Assembly: GCA_944384535.1 (NCBI GenBank)
Contig: CALWTS010000010.1
Span: 4,651 to 68,650 of the forward strand
DNA: 64,000 nucleotides
Direction of reading: 5' to 3'
DNA from: an uncultured Clostridia bacterium
Lineage (GTDB): Bacteria; Bacillota; Clostridia; Christensenellales; UBA1242
Shown: piece after piece, positions 57,701 to 64,000 of the stretch
Layout of the letters: each line of letters opens with the position of its first letter
Position numbering within the stretch: position 1 is the stretch's first letter
Made by a program: the position numbers and the translations under genes
The notes under the pieces: model-generated
Told to the model about the DNA's origin: nothing
Databases searched by the model: none
Seen by the model: only the letters and a program-made list of their open reading frames with translations

Positions 57701-60700
57701 ACAACTATTCAAATATTTTTTGAGAAAACTAATGTAAATTCAGTTGTTATAGATAATTATACTTCTCTAACGGAAGCAAATTCAAATGGAAGTTTACCTT
57801 CTGTGTCGGATTATGCGTTTCCTGGAGAAAGTGGATTACTTTCAATTACTATATCTCCTCCAGATAGTGATTTTGATTATATTTTAATTGAAAATGATGA
57901 AAGTAATAGTAATGATGGAAATGCCTCTGCTAATTTCAGTTTCTTAGCAAGAAACAACAATACTACTATTGGTGATACGGGTTCAGTTAAAAAACTTTTT
58001 GATCAAAAGAATATTTCGGGATCTTCAACAAGCAAAGGAATAAAGTTAACTTTAGATGATATTATTAGTGTTTATAATCAAACAAAAGATGGCAAGAATA
58101 TTTATGAAGTTTATAATGGAGTAATTTATATTCAGTATGATATGGGATCTTTAAACGTTGTTGATGGCTCAGTTTCTAAAATTAAAATTAGTTTTGTGAA
58201 AGATGGAAACATTATTTATAGTGTTGATAAGAATTTAACCATCAAGTTGCAAAATTTTGTTGCTGTTGAAATAGAAGATAAAGAAATGTCAAGCTATAAT
58301 CAAGGTGGTTACTATGCTTCTTATAATTTAGCTAGAGGATTAAAATATAAACTTAATATAAATACTTATGGTTTTAATGTTGATAATGTAGAACTTTCTC
58401 TTTCAAATAATAATATCGCATCTATTATTCAAGAAAATGGAGAATATTATTTACAAATCACATCTGGAACAATAAATTATCAAGGTGAAAATATATTTGA
58501 TATAAATGTTTTAGCAACACAAAGTGATGGCGATATTGTTAGAGAGGCAAGCAGTAAAACTAATATAGTAGTTAATGAGTATATTTTAAACTTCAATGCT
58601 ATGGATATGATAAATACTGATTTGATTAGTGGAATGGATGATGGAATTATTAATATTCAAGTGGGGACAAAAACAACATTTGCTGTTGATTTGTTTGATT
58701 ATATTGAGTATGATTATACAAATAATGAAATTTTACAAGAAATTAATGAGTTTATGATAGATTTGGCTAAAAATGGTCAATGGACTGTTTATACAAATTT
58801 AATTTCTGATGTTCAACCAGATTATAGTGCTGCAAAAGATGAGGATAAGTTCAATTCAACAGAAAGAAAATTGTATAATATGGGTTATGAAAATGGATTA
58901 GCTTTTACTGGGTCAAATTATTATTTTGAATATAACGGTTTAGATATAATTCCTTCAAAAACGCACAATCCTTCAGATAGATTTTATTATTTTACTTTCC
59001 AAACTGCTTATAAAATTGAAAATGGAATTTATCAATATGACGAACCAAATGGCGATACAAATAAAGCACAAACAATTAAGACTACTTTTGTGTTAAATGT
59101 ATTTACTTCAAGTAGTGAGGAAAGTCCAATTCCTTTGTATGATTATAATGATTTTATCAACATGCAGGAAGGAGGGTATTATATACTGCTAAATGATATA
59201 ACTTTACCAAATAAAACAAGTGATGATGGAACAACCTTAGCATTTACACCTATTACAGGTAACTTTGCTTCTTTTGATGGAAATGGACATACTATAAATC
59301 TTGCTGGTGAGTATAATATGGGTAATTTAATAAATATTGGCGTTTTCAGTTCTTTATCGGAAAATTCAATAATTAAAAATGTTAATGTTAATTTCACCGC
59401 AGCTACTGATGGAAGCGATTTTAATACTGATCAATCAGATAAAACATACGCTTTAGAAGGTTTAAGAACTGTTAAGTTTGTTACAACTTCTGATAGATTT
59501 ATTTTTGGAGGACTTGTTGCTGAAAATTCAGGTATTATAACAAATTGTCAAATTTACACAGATAAAAATCAATCAACAGATTATTATATAACAGTTAAGG
59601 CTGATAATGCACTTAATTCTAACAGTTATATAGGTGGTCTTGCTGGTACTAATAATGGTTATATAACAAATTGTAGGGTTTCAATTAATGTAAAATCTCC
59701 ATACAATACAGCAGGTGTTGTTGCTGAAAATTATGGTAAAGTTGCTGCAAGTTATTTTAAAGGTGGAAAATTAATAAACAACTCTCAATTTGATCAACAT
59801 GTTGCTGGTTTTGCTATTTCAAATTCAGAAAATGGACAGATTATTACTAGTTATGTTGCAGGACAATCGTCAGATTCAAGTATTTATAGTACAGATAAAG
59901 ATAGTTATATAATATCTACGTTAGAATTTGCAGGTTTTGTTTATAAGAATGCAGGAAAAATTTCTGATTGCTATACGGATATTGATTTAAGTCAAGCATC
60001 TTCTAATATGGCGGGTTTTGTATTCTATAATAGTGGTGATATTGAAAGATCTTTTTCTATGTCTATTTTGCGTAATGAGCGTGCAGTTTCTGCAGGTTTT
60101 GCTAGATATGATACTCTAGATGGTTTAAAAGGCAGTTTTTCTGATTGTTATTATTTCTATGAAGAAAGTCAAGATATAAATACTTCTTTAGTTGATACAA
60201 CATCTATTGGTGGTATTGAAAGATTGAATACTATAGGATTTGCAAATTTAACAGAAAATTTTGAAAATTATTCTTACCAAACAGATATGGGAACTAGGGC
60301 TATTTGGTTCTTCTCAAAAGATGGTGGACAATCAGATACATTTGTAGATTATATTCCTAGTACAGATAAAATTATTATTGAGGGTGAAGATGGAAAAAAT
60401 CAAACAAATACAGTTTATGATACAGAAAAAATGACATTTGCTAGGAATAGACTTGAATTGATAAGTCCTAATATATCTACTTTATCTATTAAGAATTTTA
60501 GTTATTCTGAAGTTGATGAAACAAGTGGAGTTACAAAATATTATTATGTTGATGATAGCAGTGCTCCAAACAGAGGTTCGATTCATAATCCTAGATTATT
60601 GTATAATGCAAATACGATGGAAAGTGAAATTTTAGAACAAACAACTATAAGTGGAATAAATACTTCTAATTATCGAATAATAAGCGATATTGATTATAAT

Positions 60701-62800
60701 TCATATGAGGGGCTTTCAAATTTATATAAAGTTATTTTTGCCGGTTCGATTGAGGGTAATGGAATGAAAATATCCGGTGTAAGTTTAGCTAGTATGGAGA
60801 AACTACCTTCTGCGGGCTTGTTTGCACAAATTGGATACTCTTCAAGTAAATTAGGTGTAGTTAAAAATCTTACAATAATCCCTAAACAAGTTGCATTTAC
60901 AAATACTACAAGTGTTGGAACTTTGGCAGGTGTATTAAAGTTTGGTAATATTTATGATATTTCAGTAACATCTAATAATGATAGCAATATAACCGTTACC
61001 GGCACAAACTTTGTTGGTGGTGTAATTGGTAAGGCGATATCTTCTTATATTATTAAAGACATAACAAGCAGTGTAAATGTAAGTGCAAGTTATTTACCAA
61101 AAGCAGATTCAAGTTATGATGATTCTTATTTATCTGATTCAGAGTTTTCTTATGCTGGTGGATTGGTAGGATTTTTGGGAAATGGAACAGTGTATGCTTC
61201 TACAGTTAGTAAAGTTACTTCAGTTATGGGAGGACGTGCTGGTTTTGCTTTTGGTGGTATAGGGAAATACGCTAGTGTTTACTATACTTATGTTGATGTT
61301 CCTTCATCTTCAAATATTAAAGCATATCTTTATGGTGGATATGTAACTGGAGAAGTTTTAGGAAACTTATATTATACACAAGTTTCAAATAACAATAATA
61401 TTGAATCATCTTTCTCTGTAACTCCAAGAACAGCGCTTGCTGTGGGAGGTATTACAGGTTTACTTGCCGGTGGAACTATTGATAGTGCTGTTATGGAACA
61501 AAGCTTTAGAACAACGACATTAAGTTCTTCAAATGGATATATTACTAGTGTAGGAGGTATTGCAGGAACGGTTTCAACAACTACTTCTACTACATCTAAA
61601 ATATCTAATTGTATAGTAAATGCAGAAATAACAGCTATATCAAAATTAGGTGGTGCAGTCGGAGAAGTATCTTCTGCTCTAAAAATTGATAGTGTAGCTA
61701 TAAAAGAAAATCAACTAAAACTTACAGGTCAAGTTGCTGATCCTATTTTGGGAGGAATTGTAGCAAATGTGTCTAATATGAGAAATTCATCAATTACAAT
61801 TTCAAATAGTTATTGTCTGGCTGACTTGTTTGTTGAAACAACTACATCTGGTGTAAAATCTACCGCTTCAGTAGGAGGATTGATTGCTAAAACAGAGAGA
61901 GCACCAAAGATGTATAATTGTTATACTACTTCTAAAATTTCTGCCAAAGTTTATGACACTCGTGCTTTAGGAGAAGTTCAGGATTTTGCTAATTATTTAA
62001 AAGAAGATAATACAATAACCCAAACAAGTGCTCCAACATATTCATATAATATTTATTCTAATTCTAATATTGTTGATGTTTACTATTATGGATATGGTAG
62101 TAGTTCTAGTGAAACATCTGATAGTGGAGATTCTGGTGTTAATGTAAGTGCAAACTCTGAGAATATTGTTTCCGGTGGTACCGATGATACAAATGGAATA
62201 TACAATAATTCATATAGGCCAAGTATGGTTACATTTGCAACAAAATTTAAATCCGCTCCAATGGGGTTAATTATTAATAACTATGGTGAAGATTCTGTTA
62301 ATTATTCAAAATATTTTGGATCAAGTCGAGCAAATGTTATAACAAGTAAGAGTGCATTAAATAATTTATTTGGTAATCAATTTTTCTGTAGTAATGTTAA
62401 AGAAGGCACTCAAATAATTAAAATTGACAATTTAACGTACAATTATATAACAGGAAATTATACTTTTGAAAGAATAATTGATGAAAATAGTAAAGAAACA
62501 ATAGAATTTGTTGTAGATGCAAGCGATAATCAAATATATAGATGCAGTTCAAAAAATTTATATTTTAATATTGCAGATTTAAAACAAGTGGAAATTTTAA
62601 GGGATAATAATGGTGTTGATTACAAGGTATATGCAAAAACATCAGATGCAGGCATGGATGTTATCTATAAAAATTTATCAACAGGGCAAGAACTCTTAGA
62701 AGACGAAATGAGTACAATACCTTCAACAAAAATATGGAAAATTAATAATGGTAATTTTTCATCATTGGTATTCGAAGAAAATTTATTTTGGGTAAAATAA
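51722..62800 (+). CDS. Giant (3,692 aa) surface lipoprotein with Ig-like (Big_2-like) domains and three GLUG-type beta-helix repeat modules
   Basis: The lipobox FVAC has its Cys codon at 51797-51799. Big_2-like segments lie near 51815-52090 and 56707-56850. About two dozen GG[LVI][VA]G..N.G.I repeats are grouped at about 54941-56200, 59124-60130 and 60581-61960. There is no C-terminal TM or LPXTG. The gene starts 19 nt after the VirB4-like gene and has the SD aaaggaag. Confidence 0.85.
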   Translation: MTKTKKLSMFIFSLLLVLTSFLFVACGNNDYSLTSLTVSQDVVEVYVGEQKSIVFTIENPVSSMDKGLSFTLSNPKVCSVEMIANNDYSTTYMITGLRGGNSNLDVSTIEGGKTTSVSISVKQYSDKIESGSNSLYLSPNSSLTPSSADFVFMEESTERQLNYYFYGKVKEDNKLVLEDLMKDNNLINNFVSIELLNYQNQYYLIFTDGENNFYTIDSGTIVIGSENTKYQFVKVEKNEEGIYVFDTNKVSPVTPGEKFTFLANYVNDLDETIFCERSFYVLLDIDFDSISYDYGYQIVNMNYIPGTESSYKIDDIDRSVITLIPDYISAIENGVFIGEKAQFLTAYLEVTIQSSNELLLMKSKAENDSVINSTLIGTIVIGDTKTYYFQVNSNTGDIAKTNFNVTFYYDGFQNSNDNNVNYTYSIPVEVKVIPKNLHINNVDLNEINKEFIFYNSYAGDSFGWQSFQFSVVPTSAEYEYLLIDLTDSGLQLKYKNTVYSNEIVKITNLKDIVFIKGIQGTEITEVVKKLPVELKFNIIKEDYMSTSINYKIVKGATKLDYKTEEFKENIYIDVNSSEPLQFKDLFADAEFSQINFDLTSGNDIVDFSYDKDNPYILEGNDYYLNFNIEPKQKGVATYTISIDNGKQISITITVLESLNDISVKTINEQRIINNTIITPATEDTPASTMFYVLNKNNNGYFDISVISNNDENSTAIRSIEIKLTSQVVQLGEAQNNNKNFNVYLKQNGSGQIELTIYGYQINNFTRIEISKLYVIKIVSYNFVENLSIFKIQDGMGDYSSNTKASYGYVYSNTNRSDVRTLKLTASVQNTNAYLFYNPATENYIEDSFSLEYVYWESALDSIKIYKNGKKVDKMYYSASQTNVYTLGSIGTFDTSSMTFNAYSNYTSSSIILIAHVRQYGFTYSFTVNIKIYEYQEVKAITLQSSLIDNTLEFSTLLREQSLIAYATNSQEATNPEIVAIFTGGKITIDENTYSMFDPFTKDNYIESNKKYQITLKVNEEFIKYAETYTETMRGTLSLVAADWLDSAGNIINQYAEKVKEITVNFANGTEKNRFTIQNASEFLAIKDNLSAHYKINTTVDLSLISNQLPLGELKGSIIGVNEYAKVTGIEITNSIDETVNDDLVNHYYGIFSKISSGAYINYISFEGKINIGDNDNKQENVYIGLIAGINNGSLINIGVTLNTSNIYFTSGNVGGVVGQNSGLILQDFTLFEDDESTTRSKEFDEVVEVELNGVVKKTYLYTNLTPKILIYMNDFMNVYYTNINDINHYNRIGGVAGYNDGIIKKIDSLSKTYSSYTNYMAYSLIKATPDKTNILNSSFIGGLVGENKSTSISVGESFELSGVIQGGYNKFENQTLTYTPYLQYKTVDDAAIENSYQAGQGIIVGGEIWGYGYIGGVVGYYSELIKNIALTGITARTFVRGQTIGESNPSVAVISNIDALVGATTTSAFAIQAVDDGKTGEESSMVIIYARELFNTNYLTDSDYIAFGNKNPGIDVMKGLNDEESGKYVNVLTYLSSRRSMIIPDDDNYITIEYSNKEIYYGDFVVVALNNSVYNVVAQAFFKKGNEKDLSVSEAFNNKMISESDSDNKYQIFYMYYFKVGSVAGDVDITEAQKSLDTYLNKVSYSNKSNSLYPFIVNGEISFVSKTKDVLTIDQNGLITVKKTGLAQISATSVLNSNNALNFYIYVVNYFNSESSEDDNNKKNSILYPIESTSSVAMDDSTIELRGNESSSVYVLPRYDADIVLSEESSFISDKNGLVSLNGIVFNLIGNSNITANVSEEDGLDISVVGSTITFRKNSKTEQKIYSLTINPVLQLTITEGLNDYVFYSKINKELNNIKVDYKYGALSLDNVNYNEVTIYTSKIVKDEIKITSTDNNIDNEKPKYYIVDFNNENLQGDISGLNYLCSEGDALFNVDFKSKDGKEPDDFGNYDYVYTMTISINTNSQLYKNRYQNNIYGVYTLNIQSGTNSAISTTIQIFFEKTNVNSVVIDNYTSLTEANSNGSLPSVSDYAFPGESGLLSITISPPDSDFDYILIENDESNSNDGNASANFSFLARNNNTTIGDTGSVKKLFDQKNISGSSTSKGIKLTLDDIISVYNQTKDGKNIYEVYNGVIYIQYDMGSLNVVDGSVSKIKISFVKDGNIIYSVDKNLTIKLQNFVAVEIEDKEMSSYNQGGYYASYNLARGLKYKLNINTYGFNVDNVELSLSNNNIASIIQENGEYYLQITSGTINYQGENIFDINVLATQSDGDIVREASSKTNIVVNEYILNFNAMDMINTDLISGMDDGIINIQVGTKTTFAVDLFDYIEYDYTNNEILQEINEFMIDLAKNGQWTVYTNLISDVQPDYSAAKDEDKFNSTERKLYNMGYENGLAFTGSNYYFEYNGLDIIPSKTHNPSDRFYYFTFQTAYKIENGIYQYDEPNGDTNKAQTIKTTFVLNVFTSSSEESPIPLYDYNDFINMQEGGYYILLNDITLPNKTSDDGTTLAFTPITGNFASFDGNGHTINLAGEYNMGNLINIGVFSSLSENSIIKNVNVNFTAATDGSDFNTDQSDKTYALEGLRTVKFVTTSDRFIFGGLVAENSGIITNCQIYTDKNQSTDYYITVKADNALNSNSYIGGLAGTNNGYITNCRVSINVKSPYNTAGVVAENYGKVAASYFKGGKLINNSQFDQHVAGFAISNSENGQIITSYVAGQSSDSSIYSTDKDSYIISTLEFAGFVYKNAGKISDCYTDIDLSQASSNMAGFVFYNSGDIERSFSMSILRNERAVSAGFARYDTLDGLKGSFSDCYYFYEESQDINTSLVDTTSIGGIERLNTIGFANLTENFENYSYQTDMGTRAIWFFSKDGGQSDTFVDYIPSTDKIIIEGEDGKNQTNTVYDTEKMTFARNRLELISPNISTLSIKNFSYSEVDETSGVTKYYYVDDSSAPNRGSIHNPRLLYNANTMESEILEQTTISGINTSNYRIISDIDYNSYEGLSNLYKVIFAGSIEGNGMKISGVSLASMEKLPSAGLFAQIGYSSSKLGVVKNLTIIPKQVAFTNTTSVGTLAGVLKFGNIYDISVTSNNDSNITVTGTNFVGGVIGKAISSYIIKDITSSVNVSASYLPKADSSYDDSYLSDSEFSYAGGLVGFLGNGTVYASTVSKVTSVMGGRAGFAFGGIGKYASVYYTYVDVPSSSNIKAYLYGGYVTGEVLGNLYYTQVSNNNNIESSFSVTPRTALAVGGITGLLAGGTIDSAVMEQSFRTTTLSSSNGYITSVGGIAGTVSTTTSTTSKISNCIVNAEITAISKLGGAVGEVSSALKIDSVAIKENQLKLTGQVADPILGGIVANVSNMRNSSITISNSYCLADLFVETTTSGVKSTASVGGLIAKTERAPKMYNCYTTSKISAKVYDTRALGEVQDFANYLKEDNTITQTSAPTYSYNIYSNSNIVDVYYYGYGSSSSETSDSGDSGVNVSANSENIVSGGTDDTNGIYNNSYRPSMVTFATKFKSAPMGLIINNYGEDSVNYSKYFGSSRANVITSKSALNNLFGNQFFCSNVKEGTQIIKIDNLTYNYITGNYTFERIIDENSKETIEFVVDASDNQIYRCSSKNLYFNIADLKQVEILRDNNGVDYKVYAKTSDAGMDVIYKNLSTGQELLEDEMSTIPSTKIWKINNGNFSSLVFEENLFWVK

Positions 62801-62830
62801 AAAGACTGTTTTAGTCTTTTTATTTTTTGT
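62799..62830 (+). terminator. Intrinsic terminator of the giant gene
   Basis: The stem aaagact (62801-62807) pairs with agtcttt (62813-62819), followed by tttattttttg. Confidence 0.75.
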
Positions 62831-62907
62831 TTAAATATTTTTGTTTTGGTAATAATTATCAATATCAATTGTTTTTTCTAATAATATGTAAAAATATGTA
62901 TAAATGC

Positions 62908-62936
62908 TTGACAAAAAAAAATTAATTTATTATAAT
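62908..62936 (+). promoter_or_regulatory. Perfect consensus sigma-A promoter upstream of rpoB
   Basis: TTGACA (62908-62913), 17 nt, TATAAT (62931-62936). Confidence 0.7.
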
Positions 62937-62994
62937 AAACAAGACTAAAATTGACTGTGAAAGAGAATAATACAATGTTTTAACTTAAAAGGAT

Positions 62995-63036
62995 AGGACT
63001 ATTGTGGCATTTTTTGTGCCATAGGTCCTTTTTTTG
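62995..63036 (+). terminator. Terminator-like hairpin (attenuator or sRNA 3' end) in the rpoB upstream region
   Basis: aggac/gtcct, tat/ata and ggca/tgcc pair with two bulges. The loop is ttttttg and a T7 run follows (63029-63035). The hairpin is about 50 nt after the predicted TSS and about 100 nt before the rpoB ATG. Confidence 0.5.
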
Positions 63037-63137
63037 CTTATTTTAGTTTTTAACATTTTATTATATCTTTAGTAAAATGGTAGTCATTTAAATTTTGATG
63101 TTTGAAAACAAAGATAACAAATTAGAAGGAGAGTTTC

Positions 63138-64000
63138 ATGTCTGTTAATGTAAGGAAAGTAAAGCAAGGAAAAACAGAAAGATATACTTTCGGTCATTGT
63201 GATGAATTAATTAAAGTTCCACCACTTCTTGAGATTCAAAAAAAATCTTATAATGATTTTTTAACTAAGGGCATCAAAAAAGTTCTTGATGAGTTTTTTC
63301 CTTTAACTGATTATTCTGGAAAAGCAAAGTTATATATTACAGAAATATTACCTTTTGCTGAACCAAAATATGATATAAAAGAATGTAAACGCCGTGGTGC
63401 AACATATTCTTCACCTTTAAAAGTAAAGGCTAGGTTTGTTGTTGAAGAAACTGGTCAAGCTGTAGAACAAGAAGTTTTTATGGGCGATGTCCCAATGATG
63501 ACAGAACAGGGGTCATTCATTTATAATGGAATAGAAAGAGTTGTTATCAACCAAATCGTTAGAGCCCCAAGTGTTTATATGTCAAGAGAAAAAGATAATA
63601 ATGCAACTTTAAGAGCACAAGTAATACCTGTACATGGTACTTGGATTGAAATAGAACAGGGAGCAAATGAAAACCTTAAGATTGTTTTGGAAAGAAAAAA
63701 TAAAATTAGTCTTGGTTTGTTTTTAAAATGTTTTGGTTTTACCAATGATGAAATATTAAAGGTTTTTGGTAATAATAGATACATTAAAAACGTTATTGAT
63801 AGAGAAACCCAAGTTACACAAGAAGAGGCATTGATTGAATTTTCTAGAAAGACAAGACCATCTGATGTACCATCTGCTGAAAGTACAAGAAGTTATTTAA
63901 ACGTTTCATTCTTTACTGATGCTTATTATAATTTATCAAGAGTTGGAAGGTATAAGTTTAATAAAAGACTCGGTCTAAAAGAAAGGTTACCTGGTTTAAT
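63138..64000 (+). CDS. rpoB: DNA-directed RNA polymerase beta subunit (5' partial, runs off the window)
   Basis: The hand translation is MSVNVRKVKQGKTERYTFG...PPLLEIQKKSYNDFL...ECKRRGATYSSPLKVKARF...GSFIYNGIERVVINQIVRAPSVY, a canonical RpoB N-terminus. The SD is aaggagag. It is absent from the ORF track because there is no stop codon in the window. Confidence 0.95.
   Translation, partial: MSVNVRKVKQGKTERYTFGHCDELIKVPPLLEIQKKSYNDFLTKGIKKVLDEFFPLTDYSGKAKLYITEILPFAEPKYDIKECKRRGATYSSPLKVKARFVVEETGQAVEQEVFMGDVPMMTEQGSFIYNGIERVVINQIVRAPSVYMSREKDNNATLRAQVIPVHGTWIEIEQGANENLKIVLERKNKISLGLFLKCFGFTNDEILKVFGNNRYIKNVIDRETQVTQEEALIEFSRKTRPSDVPSAESTRSYLNVSFFTDAYYNLSRVGRYKFNKRLGLKERLPGL

Noticed and set aside
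49027-62830. Interpreting the VirB4 and giant-gene region as an integrative conjugative element or prophage.
   Set aside because: The region has no integrase, recombinase, relaxase, VirD4, VirB6-like or hydrolase genes. I saw no flanking direct repeats or tRNA target and no visible compositional discontinuity. The flanks are core genes (hflX, rpoB). An ancient, fully eroded remnant cannot be excluded.
1-64000. Alternative genetic code (UGA=Trp, as in Mollicutes), considered because of the very low GC.
   Set aside because: TGA clearly terminates conserved genes: gerA subunit A at 16541-16543 and pth at 35855-35857. Conserved Trp positions use TGG, and all long ORFs are intact under code 11.
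1-64000. CRISPR arrays, IS elements, rRNA operons and long inverted or direct repeats.
   Set aside because: I found no regularly spaced repeats, transposase-like ORFs or rRNA-like sequence on visual inspection. All intergenic gaps are 300 nt or shorter.

Overview
This is a visibly AT-rich chromosomal segment, with composition judged by eye rather than computed. It comes from an endospore-forming, low-GC Firmicute using the standard code: TGA is used as a stop (for example at 16541-16543 and 35855-35857) and Trp is TGG. I call about 50 protein genes, one tRNA-Glu(UUC) and the 5' part of rpoB. I saw no rRNA, CRISPR array, IS element, integrase or prophage.

Housekeeping genes are hup, comFC-recD2, a MarR regulator, cysS, rplJ-rplL with an L10-leader/attenuator, leuS, ftsH, a P-type ATPase, a cca-like gene, a GlmU-like gene followed by pth and mfd, a PrsA-like lipoprotein, acpP, fba, hflX and rpoB.

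Sporulation and germination genes are scattered through the window:
- a gerA-type A/B/C operon
- a SpoVB-like flippase
- a DUF421-DUF4363 pair
- a SpoIIQ-like M23 protein
- spoIIID, which has a sigma-E-like promoter
- a 54-aa LysM ORF that is missing from the ORF track

The most unusual locus is 49.0-62.8 kb. It looks like a two-gene operon made of a PrgI/VirB3-like membrane module fused to a VirB4-type secretion ATPase, followed 19 nt later by a 3,692-aa lipoprotein. That lipoprotein is built from Ig-like domains and three blocks of GLUG-type (GG[LV][VA]G) beta-helix repeats. The pair sits between the core genes hflX and rpoB, with none of the other conjugation or T4SS genes nearby.

Secondary observations:
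- a 20-codon leader ORF plus intrinsic terminator in front of an ABC exporter
- a recurring leaderless-mRNA geometry, with a -10 box 6-10 nt upstream of the ATG and no Shine-Dalgarno, at five genes
- a truncated, signature-less GlmU paralogue
- a consensus promoter plus terminator unit upstream of rpoB
- rplJL uncoupled from rpoBC

All functional calls rest on motif recognition by eye. No database search was run.
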